Shown piece after piece: positions 1 through 9,999 of a stretch of DNA of 64,000 bases. Position 1 is the stretch's first letter; every line of letters starts with the position of its first letter. Source of the DNA: Alphaproteobacteria bacterium (GTDB lineage Bacteria > Pseudomonadota > Alphaproteobacteria > MPNO01 > UBA830); the NCBI GenBank assembly GCA_964291215.2, contig OZ219790.1, positions 1,248,001-1,312,000 on the forward strand. Reading direction: 5' to 3'. The notes beneath the pieces were generated by a model. That model ran no database searches and was not told where the DNA came from. It was given only the letters and a program-made list of their open reading frames with translations. The translations under genes and the position numbers were made by a program.

Positions 1-73
1 AGACATCAGGTTGCGTAATCGTCCACAACCTAAGGCCCCACTTCACTATGGAACGGGAGAGGAGAAAAGTTCG

Positions 74-1810
74 ATGGGAATTATGAAATATGTGACTTTG
101 GCGGCGCTGGCCGCTGCGGGTCTGGCGCTCGCGGGCTGCGGTGGCGGGTCGAAGAAGCCGGTCGCGATGGGCAACCAGCAGATGGAGATGACGGACGCCC
201 AGAAGGCGCAGGCGGCCTACGACGCCGCCGCGGCAGCCGAGACGGCGGCGATGACGGCCAGGAAGACAGCGGAAGCTCAGCTGGCCGCGGTCAAGAAGGC
301 GGTCGAGCCGCCCCAATTCGCTCAGCAAATCTACTATACAGGCGGCGACAGTTCGGTGGTCCGGACCAACGCCGCGCTCGTGAAAGACGCGAAGGCGGCG
401 GCCGACAAGGCGCTGGCGGACGCCAAGACGGCGCTGACGGCGGCCGAGAAGGCGCAGACGGACCTGAACGCCCTGCCGGCCGGCACGACCGGCCTTGCGG
501 CGCAGAAGAAGGTGGTCATGGGTCAGATCGAAACAGTGAAAGCGGAGATCAAGGCCATCGAGAAGACCCTGACCGGGGCCGGCACGATCGGAGACTATTT
601 CTCGAGGATGGATACCGAGGCGGAAATCAAGGACCGCGCCGGCGAAACCCTCGCTACCGCTGGCTTCGACAACGCTACATCGTCAAGGCCCGCGAGGCGG
701 CTGCTTAATACCTTGTCGCCTGCGGACTCAGCTCGCCCCGGCTCGACCCGCACCGGCGGTTACGATGGCAGAGGCGGCGTGAATCAATACAATCGGAGGC
801 CGACAAATAGCTACGGCGACTCCGATGGCGCTCGTCCGCCGACGAAGGTCATCGCCACCGGGGAGGTCGCCGATCGGAGATCCATGTTCTATCACAAGTA
901 TGACGACGGCGAACTCCCGGCCGGCGTCATGACCTGGGAGCAGATCGCCGCCAAGGATGGGATGCTCGTGAAGAAGGCCTTCGGCACCGACAACATGGAT
1001 GTCGATGTCCTGCCCCTTGCCGGGATGCCCCTGTCCGCACTCACCAACTCGAGCGGAACGGGCCTGACGACGTATCCCACCGACATCTCCGAAGACCAGT
1101 ATTACAAGGGGGTCAAGGGGACGCTGTATTGCCAGGGCACCTGCTCTGCCCCTGGCGGCAAGCTGACCGGCAAGCTGTTCTTCAAGGCGGCCGACGAATT
1201 CGACGATGGCTACGCGGGCAACTATCGCTACTACTGGATAACGCCGAGGAACTCCCATTACACGACGTGGAATGCCTATGTCCGCTACGGGTACTGGCTG
1301 TATGGAACCGGCACCACCACCGGGGTCTCGGTCCTCGCAGACAGCCCTGCCGGCTATCGCGGGTTTACTGGTGTAAGCGTCACTGGTCTCCCCGCCACCG
1401 CCACCTACAAGGGCGAAGCCCTTGGCCTGTCGGCGCTGAAGCTCTACACCGCCGGCGAACACACGGGGCAGAAGTCCGCACGGTTCACGGCGGATGTGAC
1501 GCTCAACGCCAAGTTCGGGGCTGATCCCAAAATAGAAGGAAAGATCGACAACTTCAAGGGGAATGCCGTCGACGAGAAGTGGAGCGTCAAGCTCGCGCAG
1601 ACAAAGCATGCCGACTTCGATGCCGAGGGCTTGGCCACGGGTTCCAGCGGCAGCACCGCCTTCGACAAGCCCGGCAGTTGGCAGGGTAACCCCTTCAGCC
1701 AGGACGGCGTGGGGCGCCCGGCCGGCTACATGGGCGTCTTCAACACCCATTTCCCGAACGGGTCGGCTGCCGGCGCCTTCTCGACGAGGATACAGGCGCC
1801 GGCAGAGTAG
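74..1810 (+). CDS. Surface lipoprotein with Ala/Lys-rich coiled coil and C-terminal TbpB/fHbp-like beta-barrel (probable Slam/T11SS cargo)
   Basis: GGAG RBS before ATG 74; lipobox LAGC followed by GGG; C-terminal ATYKGEALG...FTADVTLNAKFG...IEGKIDNF...GAFST barrel pattern; Slam-like gene directly downstream. Confidence 0.8.
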   Translation: MGIMKYVTLAALAAAGLALAGCGGGSKKPVAMGNQQMEMTDAQKAQAAYDAAAAAETAAMTARKTAEAQLAAVKKAVEPPQFAQQIYYTGGDSSVVRTNAALVKDAKAAADKALADAKTALTAAEKAQTDLNALPAGTTGLAAQKKVVMGQIETVKAEIKAIEKTLTGAGTIGDYFSRMDTEAEIKDRAGETLATAGFDNATSSRPARRLLNTLSPADSARPGSTRTGGYDGRGGVNQYNRRPTNSYGDSDGARPPTKVIATGEVADRRSMFYHKYDDGELPAGVMTWEQIAAKDGMLVKKAFGTDNMDVDVLPLAGMPLSALTNSSGTGLTTYPTDISEDQYYKGVKGTLYCQGTCSAPGGKLTGKLFFKAADEFDDGYAGNYRYYWITPRNSHYTTWNAYVRYGYWLYGTGTTTGVSVLADSPAGYRGFTGVSVTGLPATATYKGEALGLSALKLYTAGEHTGQKSARFTADVTLNAKFGADPKIEGKIDNFKGNAVDEKWSVKLAQTKHADFDAEGLATGSSGSTAFDKPGSWQGNPFSQDGVGRPAGYMGVFNTHFPNGSAAGAFSTRIQAPAE

Positions 1811-1837
1811 CCCGCTCCCGGAACATCCGCGTTCCCG

Positions 1838-1873
1838 GGCCCCGGCCGCTTCGCGCGGCCGGGGCCTTCTTTC
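1838..1873 (+). terminator. Rho-independent terminator-like hairpin
   Basis: 12-bp perfect stem ggccccggccgc/gcggccggggcc followed by ttctttc, just after the lipoprotein stop. Confidence 0.65.
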
Positions 1874-1926
1874 CTCCGGCGCCCTCCGGGCGGCCGGAGG
1901 TTCCCTTTGCACGGACAGGGGTTTTC

Positions 1927-2316
1927 ATGCGCATACCCGCTCTCGTCATTGCCGCCGGGCTGTGCCTGTTCGCCGCCGCCGCCCACGGCCAGGACGCGAC
2001 CGGCCCGCGGTTCCGGGCGGGCATGGAGGCGCTTGCCGCCGCGCAGGCCGCCGCGGACCGGGATGCCCGCGACGGGAAGCTCGACGAGGCGATTGCGGCG
2101 TTCCGGGCCATCTTGGTGGACCGCTCGGAACTGGTGCGGGTGCGTCTCGAACTCGCACACGCCTTCTTCCTGAAGGAGGAGGACAGCCTGGCGCGGCGGC
2201 ATTTCGAACAGGTGCTGGCGGGGACGCCGGCGGTGGCCGCCAACATCCGGCGCTTTCTCGACATCATGCGCGCGCGGCGGCGCTGGGAGGCGCATTTCGG
2301 CCTGGCGGCAGGGTAG
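1927..2316 (+). pseudogene. Truncated Slam (surface lipoprotein assembly modulator / T11SS); TPR region only
   Basis: Signal peptide, then RVRLELAHAFF...ARRHFEQVLA...NIRRFL...RRRW; stops where the barrel should begin, at the edge of the IS cluster. Confidence 0.75.
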
Positions 2317-2405
2317 TCTTACGCTAAATTCTGTCTGGTTTTTCAAGACAGTACCTGGGCTTTGCGGGGTTGCGGGTTGGTGCGGGAGATTTTTTTACAC
2401 CCCCG

Positions 2406-3586
2406 TTCCATAGTGAAGTGCAACACATGATGGGCTGTGGCCATGTGTTTTTAGACGCATGATGTTGCGGAGCTGTCCAGCAGCGGCGAGAGTTCCTGTA
2501 CAAGATGGAGGGAGCTTGTTCATGTCCAAAGGCTACCGTCACCTACGAAGAGCGATGCCAGATTGAGGCAGAAAAGCGGTCTTTCACAAGGTGCGATTGC
2601 TCGGCAGCTGGGCCGATCAACAATTTTCCGGGAGATCAAGCGCAACACCGGGGGACGGGGTTACCGTCACAAGCAGGCGCAAAGGATGGCAGAAACGCGC
2701 CGCAGGGCCGCCTCGTCTGTTTCCTGGCGGTTGACGCCTCAACGATGAGCTGAAGCTCAGAAAAAGCTGCGGGAGGGCCCCGAGCAGCGGCCGTTTTCGA
2801 CTGGAAGGCCGTGAACGGATCCATGATCGCCGAAGATCGGAGAGCCGGGGGCGTCTTGAAGCTTCGGCGGCGCGGCAAGAAGCCGAACTGGAAGGGCGGA
2901 TGCCATTCTGGCCGGGTGGACATTTCCGAGCGCCCTGCGGAGGCAAAGGAACGGATCGGCGACCGGGAGCCATAATCGGCAAAGCTCACAGTGGAGCTGT
3001 CGTGTCGCTCGTGCCACGAAATACACCTTGCTGGGTGGACAGAAAGACACGGTCGGTATGATCCGCCTGCTCGGCTCTGGTGCGCTATTGGTCCACACAA
3101 TCACAACGGCAAAGAGTTCGCAGACCACAGGCGTGTCGCTGAAGTACTTGACGCAGATTTCTTCTTCGCCTTTCCATTCCTGGGAGCGCGGCTTGAATGA
3201 GCACACCAACGGCCTGGTGCGGGAGTACTTCCCGAAGGGCACGGACTTTCGCGCGACATGCAACGAAGATGTTCAGAAGGTGCGGCTCAACACTCGGAAA
3301 GTCCCGGGATCGCCGACGGAGGTAATCTTGAAGTGAAACCGACCTGACCATCTGCGCCATGTTCCGCAGCCGCAACGTGCAGCAGGGTCCATGCCGCGCG
3401 ACGGCGAAATAGTGGCTTGAAGCCGACAAAGGCGTTGCATAAGCTCGATGTTGAAGGAACTGAAGCTGTTCCCAGGCGGAATCGAGAGGGGCAGAGGGGA
3501 AAAATTTGCGCAATACCCGGCCCTCATCTCCGTTCGGGCTACGCCCTCACTGCGATGAGGGCCGGGTGTTGCACTTCAGACTGGAA
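2406..3586 (+). mobile_element. IS30-family element, degenerate transposase
   Basis: IRs ttccatagtgaagtgcaacac / gtgttgcacttcagactggaa; frameshifted fragments IARQLGRST..REIKRN and PFHSWERGLNEHTNGLVREYFPKGTDF. Confidence 0.9.
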
Positions 3587-3590
3587 GTGG

Positions 3591-4010
3591 GGCATTCATT
3601 GAACGCGCCCTCGTCGCAGTTAAGCAGGGCGTTGATTACCTTTTGCGACAGGTGCGAGCCCTTGATCTCCGAAAGTTCTGCCCGTTCGTCCAGGGTCACC
3701 ACGTAGCGTTTCATACTCCGACCTCCATCCCGAATGGACGGACAGTCTAGTCATCTGGAACTGAAGTAAGCATGATTGTATGATGGCGGTTGGAGTGTGA
3801 ACACGGAGGTCATGGCGATGCCACGCGGTATGGGACGGCCCTTGGCGGTGCTGGTCTTGAGTGGTCAAGGCCGCCAGCGGCCGTCCCGTACCGCGCCCCA
3901 TCGAGATAACCTCCATTGTCCGACTCGGGACACAACTTTACAATGAACCTTACTTCAGTGTCACGTGACTAGCACTAAATGTACGAAATATCATTGCTGA
4001 CATAACACTA
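3591..4010 (-). mobile_element. 5' fragment of IS630-family element, interrupted by a mini-element
   Basis: Near-identical reverse complement of 46794-46991, split at a CTAG by the 3747-3972 insertion. Confidence 0.9.
3747..3972. mobile_element. MITE-like element made of two head-to-head IS630-type left ends
   Basis: Ends ctagtcatctggaactgaagtaag / cttacttcagtgtcacgtgactag; CTAG duplicated relative to the empty site near 46832; both arms carry GGAGGT and ATG-xRGxGRPLA. Confidence 0.8.
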
Positions 4011-5449
4011 GTTGGGTTCTGATTGGTCGTAGTGCTCGTTGATGATGTCTGCGGCTTTTCCGTCGAGGGCGATCTGGGTGGCGACGAGTGGGTTGTAGCC
4101 GAGTGCGGCCATGGAGGTGAGGTAGCTTGAGCCCCGGCACCATGCTTTTGCGTGGAGCGGAAGCATCCGGACACCTTGACCTTTGCCATCCTGATTTTCT
4201 GTTCTCCGGCATTGTTGGTGAAGCTGACGTTGGGGTCGTCTGTGAAGCGCAGGTTTTCGTGTTTCACGAGACGTTCGTGCAGGTTGTGCGCGTCGGACTT
4301 GCGTCCACGTTTTCCTTTCGGCGGGATGTCGGGCAGTTCCCTGGCGCCCTGATGGTGCGGTAGCGCTTGCGCCCGGCGTCGTTCAGGGTCTTGGATGCGC
4401 TCTTGTTGACCTTGTGGCAGACCTCGCGGAGCAGGCTCTTCATCAGTCGCGCGGTAGCCTCGACGACAAAGGTCAGTTCGCGCAGCAGGTGGCTACCGCA
4501 CAGCTGGTGGCTACACTGGCCCATGTACGAGGCCCAGGACGCCCTTGTAGCACGGGCCGATCTCTTGCCCGCGCTTGCGGTGCGGGAACTTGCACGTCAG
4601 GGTCCCACGACATGAAGCCACTTACTGTTGATCCGAAATCGTCGACATCGGGCGTTGCAGGAGGTGCGCCACGGCGGCCTCCTCCCATGACGCATCGTGA
4701 AAGCATAGCCGAGGCAGGTTGCCTCGGAGAGCTTGATGCCGGAGATCGCCTGCACGAGCGCGACGGCGCAGGGACAGCATCTGGGCGACCAGCAGGTTGA
4801 TGACGAGGGCCTGGATGCCGATGCCGTACTGCACGGGATGTTGTCGGGGAACCGGGCCTTGCACTTCGGGCATTCCTCGGCGTCGACGCGGCGCGACCTC
4901 GAACACGATGTCGTGCGGCGCTCGACGGGGTCGGCGCCGCAGGCGTCGCAGGCCGCGACCGTCTCCTCGACGATGGCAGGTTGTCGCCCATCTGCCGGTT
5001 CGGCTTCGGGCCCTTGCTCCCGGCACGCTCTTGTCCGTCTGTGACGGCGGCAGACCGGAGTTCCGGCTCGTGCGTGGTCTTCTCCAGAAGGACGACGATG
5101 AGGATGTCGAGGATCACGGCCTCTTCCGACACCTTGCCGGCAGCGCCGCGGTCCTGGCCGCTTCGAACTCCTCGCGCGCCGCGTTGACCGTCGCCATCAC
5201 CCGGCCTTGCGCTTCATCAGCGCGCCGCTTCCGAGATGCGTTTCCACATACAGATCATGCGGGGGCTGGAGCCCCGGAAGCAGCTGGCACAGCCCGCTCG
5301 TCGCCTTCGATCCAAAGTAGCCCACTGGCGGTCCCCGTCGTTCTCGATGACCACCACTAAACGAATCGGCCTGCAGTGTCAAATCTCCACGAAAACCCGT
5401 TCGTTGCTCTACCCCGACATCAAGCCGGAACCAGGGGGTGAGCAGTTAC
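4011..5449 (-). mobile_element. IS66-family element (single-ORF type) with degenerate transposase and 5' remnant of a methyltransferase
   Basis: Left end GTAACTGCTCACCCC at 5449; HQLCGSHLLRELTFV and FTNNAGEQKIRMAKVKVSGCFR motifs; GYFGSKATSGLCQ begins at 5325. Confidence 0.88.
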
Positions 5450-6174
5450 GAGCTTGGTTACATTGATACCGTGTCACACGAGACGGTGCGGCGTGTTCTA
5501 AAAAAAACTGCCTCAAGCCATGGCAGCGGGTGGGTGATTCCTCCTCAAGGGAACGCCGACTTCGCCGCGGCGATGGAGAAGGTGCTCGATGTCTATCGCC
5601 GTCCCTATGATGCCGCCTTCCCCGTGGTCTGCATGGACGAAACGCCCCGACCGGCGAGACACGGCAACCGATCGCCATGGCGCCGGGACGGCCAGCGCGT
5701 AACGACTACGAGTATCGACGTTGCGGTACCTGCAACGTCTTCATGGCCACGGAACCTCTGGCCGGCAAGCGCATGACCAAGGTAACCGAGCGCAAGATCG
5801 ACTGGGCGCAGTTCCTGGCCGACATCGCCGAGCGCTACCAGGATGCTACCACCATCACCCTGGTGATGGACAATCTCAACACTCATCGGCCCGGCGCCCT
5901 CTACGAGGCCTACCCGCCGGACGAGGCCAAGGCCCTGTAGGACCGCTTCGAGTTCGTCTACACCCCCAAGCACGGCAGTTGGCTGAACGTGGTCGAACTC
6001 AACGTCATGATCCGCCTGAACCGCCGCATCGACTGCATCGAGGTGTTACGCCGGGAAGTTGCCGCCTGGCAGGCGACCGCATTCAGGCCAAGGTGGATTG
6101 GCAGTTCACCACCGACGATGCCCGCGTGAAACTCAAACGCCTTTATTCGACATTTGACGAATGACAAGACACTA
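5450..6174 (+). mobile_element. 3' portion of IS630-family element (pseudogene)
   Basis: VVCMDE, ITLVMDNLNTH and YTPKHGSWLN motifs; near-identical to 47222-47917; ends tgacaagacacTA. Confidence 0.9.
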
Positions 6175-6596
6175 GGACGCCATCCGATGCCCGGACCCCA
6201 ACCACTGGAACGAATACGTCTTCCGCGCGTATACGGGCCATCGGGATGAGACGATCTTCCTGACCGACATCCCGGATATCCGATAAAGCTTTCCCCATGC
6301 CTCGTCCCTTCGGTAGCCCGACCATCGGGCATCTCCGGGGACCCGGGACGCTGGCTGTTGCCCGGCGCATCGCTTCGACGCCGGTCGGCGCCACAGGCGA
6401 TCGACCGCATTCGATCGTGAAGGGTCGGGGCCCGGCGCCTGACGGCAGCCGGCCCAGCCGGCAACCGGAGACGCGGTGAATGCGGCATCGACGCGGATTC
6501 GGGCGCGGAGCTTTGAAATCAACTGGTACCTATTCGATACCCGGAAGCCGAAAGTTCCCTGCGCCGGTTTCGGTCAATGCATATAGAAGATTGTTT

Positions 6597-7332
6597 GTAA
6601 CTGCTCACCCCCTGGTTCCGGCTTGATGTCGGGGTAGAGCAACGAACGGGTTTTCGTGGAGATTTGACACTGCAGGCCGATTCGTTTAGTGGTGGTTATC
6701 GAGAACGACGAGGACCGCCAGTGGTCTACTTTGGATCGAAGGCAACGAGCGGGCTGCGCCAGCTGCTTCCGGGGCTCCAGCCTCCGTATGATCTGTATGT
6801 GGAAACGTATCCGGGAGGCGGCGCGCTGATGAAGCGCAAGGCGCCGGCGCTCGATTGGGATCGACCGGGAGCGCTGGACGGGTTCGGGTGCGACTGTCCG
6901 GTGAAACTGATCCACAGCTGCGCCCACGCGTTCCTGGCCGGCTTTGCGTTCCGAGGCACGGAACTGGTCTACAGTGACCCCTGCTGGCGACGCGCCGATC
7001 GAAGCGGCGGTACCGCCACGACTACACCGAAGCCGACCATGTCGAACTCCTTGAACTGCTCAAGGGGCTGCCGTGTCAGGTGATGGTCTCGGGCCACCCC
7101 TCGGCGTTGTACGACGACCTGCTACGGGACTTCAGGATGGCAAAGGTCAAGGTGTCCGAATGCTTCCGCTCCACGCAAAAGCATGGTGCCGGGGCTCAAG
7201 CTACCTCACCTCCATGGCCGCACTCGGCTACAATCATCACGTTGCAACCCAGATCGCCCTCGACGGAAAAGCCGCAGACATCATCAACGAGCACTACGAC
7301 CAATCAGAACTCAACTAGGGGTGAGTAGATAC
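6597..7332 (+). mobile_element. Internally deleted IS66 derivative carrying a DNA adenine methyltransferase relic
   Basis: IRs gtaactgctcacccc / ggggtgagtagatac; perfect 8-bp target duplication gattgttt (6589-6596, 7333-7340). Confidence 0.92.
6721..7131 (+). pseudogene. Dam/D12-class N6-adenine DNA methyltransferase remnant
   Basis: YFGSK, PPYDLYVETYPGGGA (SAM-binding region), LVYSDP with the DPPY motif broken, then DYTEADHVELLELLKGLPCQVMVSG in a shifted frame. Confidence 0.8.
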
Positions 7333-7624
7333 GATTGTTTTTATTGTATAAATTTCGTGTCCAGATGTTTGCCCTCCGAATACAGGCCACCCCGACATAC
7401 TGCCGAGACGAACATCACGTCCAGGACTTTCCCACGCTGCGTTCAATCTTGCCGACTGGTGATGAACGTAGGTTGCACAGGCCCAACCCCGCTGAATTTT
7501 TTAGCTGCGACGACCCGCAGACAGCCCCGTAGTCAGAAAACCCGACAAGATACGAAAATTTGTGCTCCGTTCCGCGGTCATTCAAAACACCAGCCACAGC
7601 GTGGGAAAGTCTTGGAACCGAACT

Positions 7625-7816
7625 CACGACGATCCCATGCTAATTCGGAGACGCGAAATCCGAATGCGTTGGGGCTCGGCTCATCACAGATCGCCTCCTT
7701 GATCGCAATTTTCGTGCCAGAAGGTCCCATCAAGCCTTGGCGGCACGATTGCAGCGCGACGCAAACTGAGAAAATCTCGCCAGTCGTCGCCGGATTAGCA
7801 GCGTGGGATCACCGTG
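7625..7816. mobile_element. MITE copy A (192 bp)
   Basis: Imperfect 17-bp IRs cacgacgatcccatgct / agcgtgggatcaccgtg; 10-bp TSD gaaccgaact; second copy at 41559. Confidence 0.92.
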
Positions 7817-7899
7817 GAACCGAACTCTTCCGTTGTGGCGACTCCACGGGCGCCATGCTATGATCGGCTACGCTCCCTGACGCGAGCTAGGATGCTGGC

Positions 7900-8616
7900 A
7901 TGAACAGGCTGATCGAGACCATGCGCGATGTCGTGATCGCGAACCGCATTCTGGCGCGCGAAGAGGTCGTCGACGCCTATGGTCATGTCAGTATCCGCAA
8001 TCCGGAAGATCCCGGCCGCTATCTTCTCAGCCGGTCGCGCAGCCCGGAACTCGTGACCATCGACGACGTCATGGAATTCACACTTGATGGCGAGCCGATA
8101 GACGACGACCGCACGCCCTACGCCGAACGCTATATCCACGGCGCCATCTACGAAGCGCGTCCCGATGTGAATTCGGTGGTGCACAACCATTCCCACGCCG
8201 TCATACCCTTCAGTGTCACACCCAGCCGCCTGCGGGCGATAGCGCATGTCGGCGCCGCCATAGGCAAGGATATTCCGGTCTGGGACATCAGAACGCGATT
8301 CGGCGACACCAACCTCCTCGTGGTCAACATGGAACACGGCCGCGATCTCGCCGCCAAGCTTGGTGGAAACACGGTCGCCCTGATGCGTGGACATGGCTGC
8401 GCCGTGACCGGGCGAACGATCGAAGCCGCGGTCATGACCTCAATCTATCTGCAGGTGAATGCCCGCCTGCTGCAGGACACAATGCGGCTGCACGACGAAA
8501 TCGAGTACCTGTCCGACGGCGAGATCGAGAACTGTTCGCAGACGTTCCTGAGTGATTTCTCGGTCCAGCGAGCATGGGAGTATTTCCGCCGACGCGCCGG
8601 CGCCGATTCCCTGTAG
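7900..8616 (+). CDS. Class II aldolase/adducin family protein
   Basis: GHVS, ERYIHGAIYEARPDVNSVVHNHS, LMRGHG motifs. Confidence 0.9.
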   Translation: MNRLIETMRDVVIANRILAREEVVDAYGHVSIRNPEDPGRYLLSRSRSPELVTIDDVMEFTLDGEPIDDDRTPYAERYIHGAIYEARPDVNSVVHNHSHAVIPFSVTPSRLRAIAHVGAAIGKDIPVWDIRTRFGDTNLLVVNMEHGRDLAAKLGGNTVALMRGHGCAVTGRTIEAAVMTSIYLQVNARLLQDTMRLHDEIEYLSDGEIENCSQTFLSDFSVQRAWEYFRRRAGADSL

Positions 8617-8748
8617 GCAATCGCGGCGGCGCCCGATCACCGCGGCAGCCGCACCGGAGAATGCCCCGAAAACCGCAGCCGGAAGCAGCCGCAACAGATG
8701 GTTCGGCCCGACTTGCCGACCCTTATCCGAATGGGATGCCCTAGCACC

Positions 8749-9999
8749 ATGAGCACACTCACAGATGACCTCGTACGCCCCTTCGCCGGCATCCGCGCAG
8801 CACCCGACAAAGCCGGTCAGATCGCGGCACCACCCTACGATGTCGTGACCACCGACGAGGCGCGCGCCCTCGCCGCTGGCCAGCCGCTCAACTTCCTGCA
8901 TGTCTCGCGCGCGGAAATCAACCTGCCGCCAGACACCGATCCCCATTCCGATCAGGTCTATGCAGCCGCACGTCATTACATGCGCGATCTGCTGGCTTCC
9001 GGCGCCCTGATCCGCGATCCCGAACCCTGCTACTACGCCTATCGCATGACCGGGCAGGATCGATCCCAGACGGGCATTGTGGTTTCGGCGTCGATCGACG
9101 CCTATAGAGCTAACCGCGTCCGCAGGCACGAATTGACCCGCCCCGACAAGGAAAACGACCGCGCCCGCCAGATCAGGGCCGTGAACGCGATTACCGGTCC
9201 GGTCCAGCTTGTTCACCGCGCAAATGCGCCGTTGTCGAGCCTGCTTGCGCTCGCGACATCGACCAGCCCGGATGCGGTCAAGCCCGATCTCGACGGGGTC
9301 CGTCACGAACTCTGGGTGATCGACGACCATTCGATGGTGAACGACGTCTCGCGGATCGTCAATGGGATGGACGCGCTTTACATCGCCGACGGGCATCACC
9401 GTTCCGCGGCCGCCGCCCAGGTTTTCGACACATCCCGCGAGGGAGGAATAGAGCGCCAGGATGACGCGTACCGCGGCTTTCTTGCCGTCAGCTTTTCCGA
9501 CGACGAGGTGGCGATTCTCGACTACAATCGCGTCGTGACCAACCTCGGCGACCGGTCTCCCGACGAGTTCGTCTCTGTTCTTTCCGAACGGTTCACGATC
9601 CGGTCGGCAGAGATGCCGGTGCGACCCGACAGGTCGGCGCTGTTCGGCATGTATCTGGCCGGAAGCTGGTATTTTCTGGAACCGAAGGTAGTCGCGGCGA
9701 GCGAAGACCCCATCGACGGACTCGACGTCAGCCGCCTGAGCCGCCTGGTTCTTGAGCCGGTACTCGGGATTGGCGACGTGCGCACCGACCCGCGGATCGA
9801 CTTCGTCGGTGGCGGACGCGGCATCGAAGCCGTTGCCGCGCGCGTCGACTCGGGAGAGATGGCGGTGGGTTTCACGATGTTTCCCACGCGGCTCGAGGAG
9901 TTGATGGCAGTCGCGGACGCCGGGCTCGTCATGCCTCCCAAATCCACATGGTTTGACCCCAAGCTCGCAGACGGGCTGATCTCCCAGCCACTTGACTGA
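8749..9999 (+). CDS. DUF1015 family protein
   Basis: PPYDV, HELT, YIADGHHR, MPPKSTWFDPKL motifs. Confidence 0.9.
   Translation: MSTLTDDLVRPFAGIRAAPDKAGQIAAPPYDVVTTDEARALAAGQPLNFLHVSRAEINLPPDTDPHSDQVYAAARHYMRDLLASGALIRDPEPCYYAYRMTGQDRSQTGIVVSASIDAYRANRVRRHELTRPDKENDRARQIRAVNAITGPVQLVHRANAPLSSLLALATSTSPDAVKPDLDGVRHELWVIDDHSMVNDVSRIVNGMDALYIADGHHRSAAAAQVFDTSREGGIERQDDAYRGFLAVSFSDDEVAILDYNRVVTNLGDRSPDEFVSVLSERFTIRSAEMPVRPDRSALFGMYLAGSWYFLEPKVVAASEDPIDGLDVSRLSRLVLEPVLGIGDVRTDPRIDFVGGGRGIEAVAARVDSGEMAVGFTMFPTRLEELMAVADAGLVMPPKSTWFDPKLADGLISQPLD

Noticed and set aside
2312-2405. Possible extra IS end (ggtagtcttacgctaa) at the Slam breakpoint, and agacatcagg at the window start
   Set aside because: No partner IR found in the window, so it cannot be assigned.
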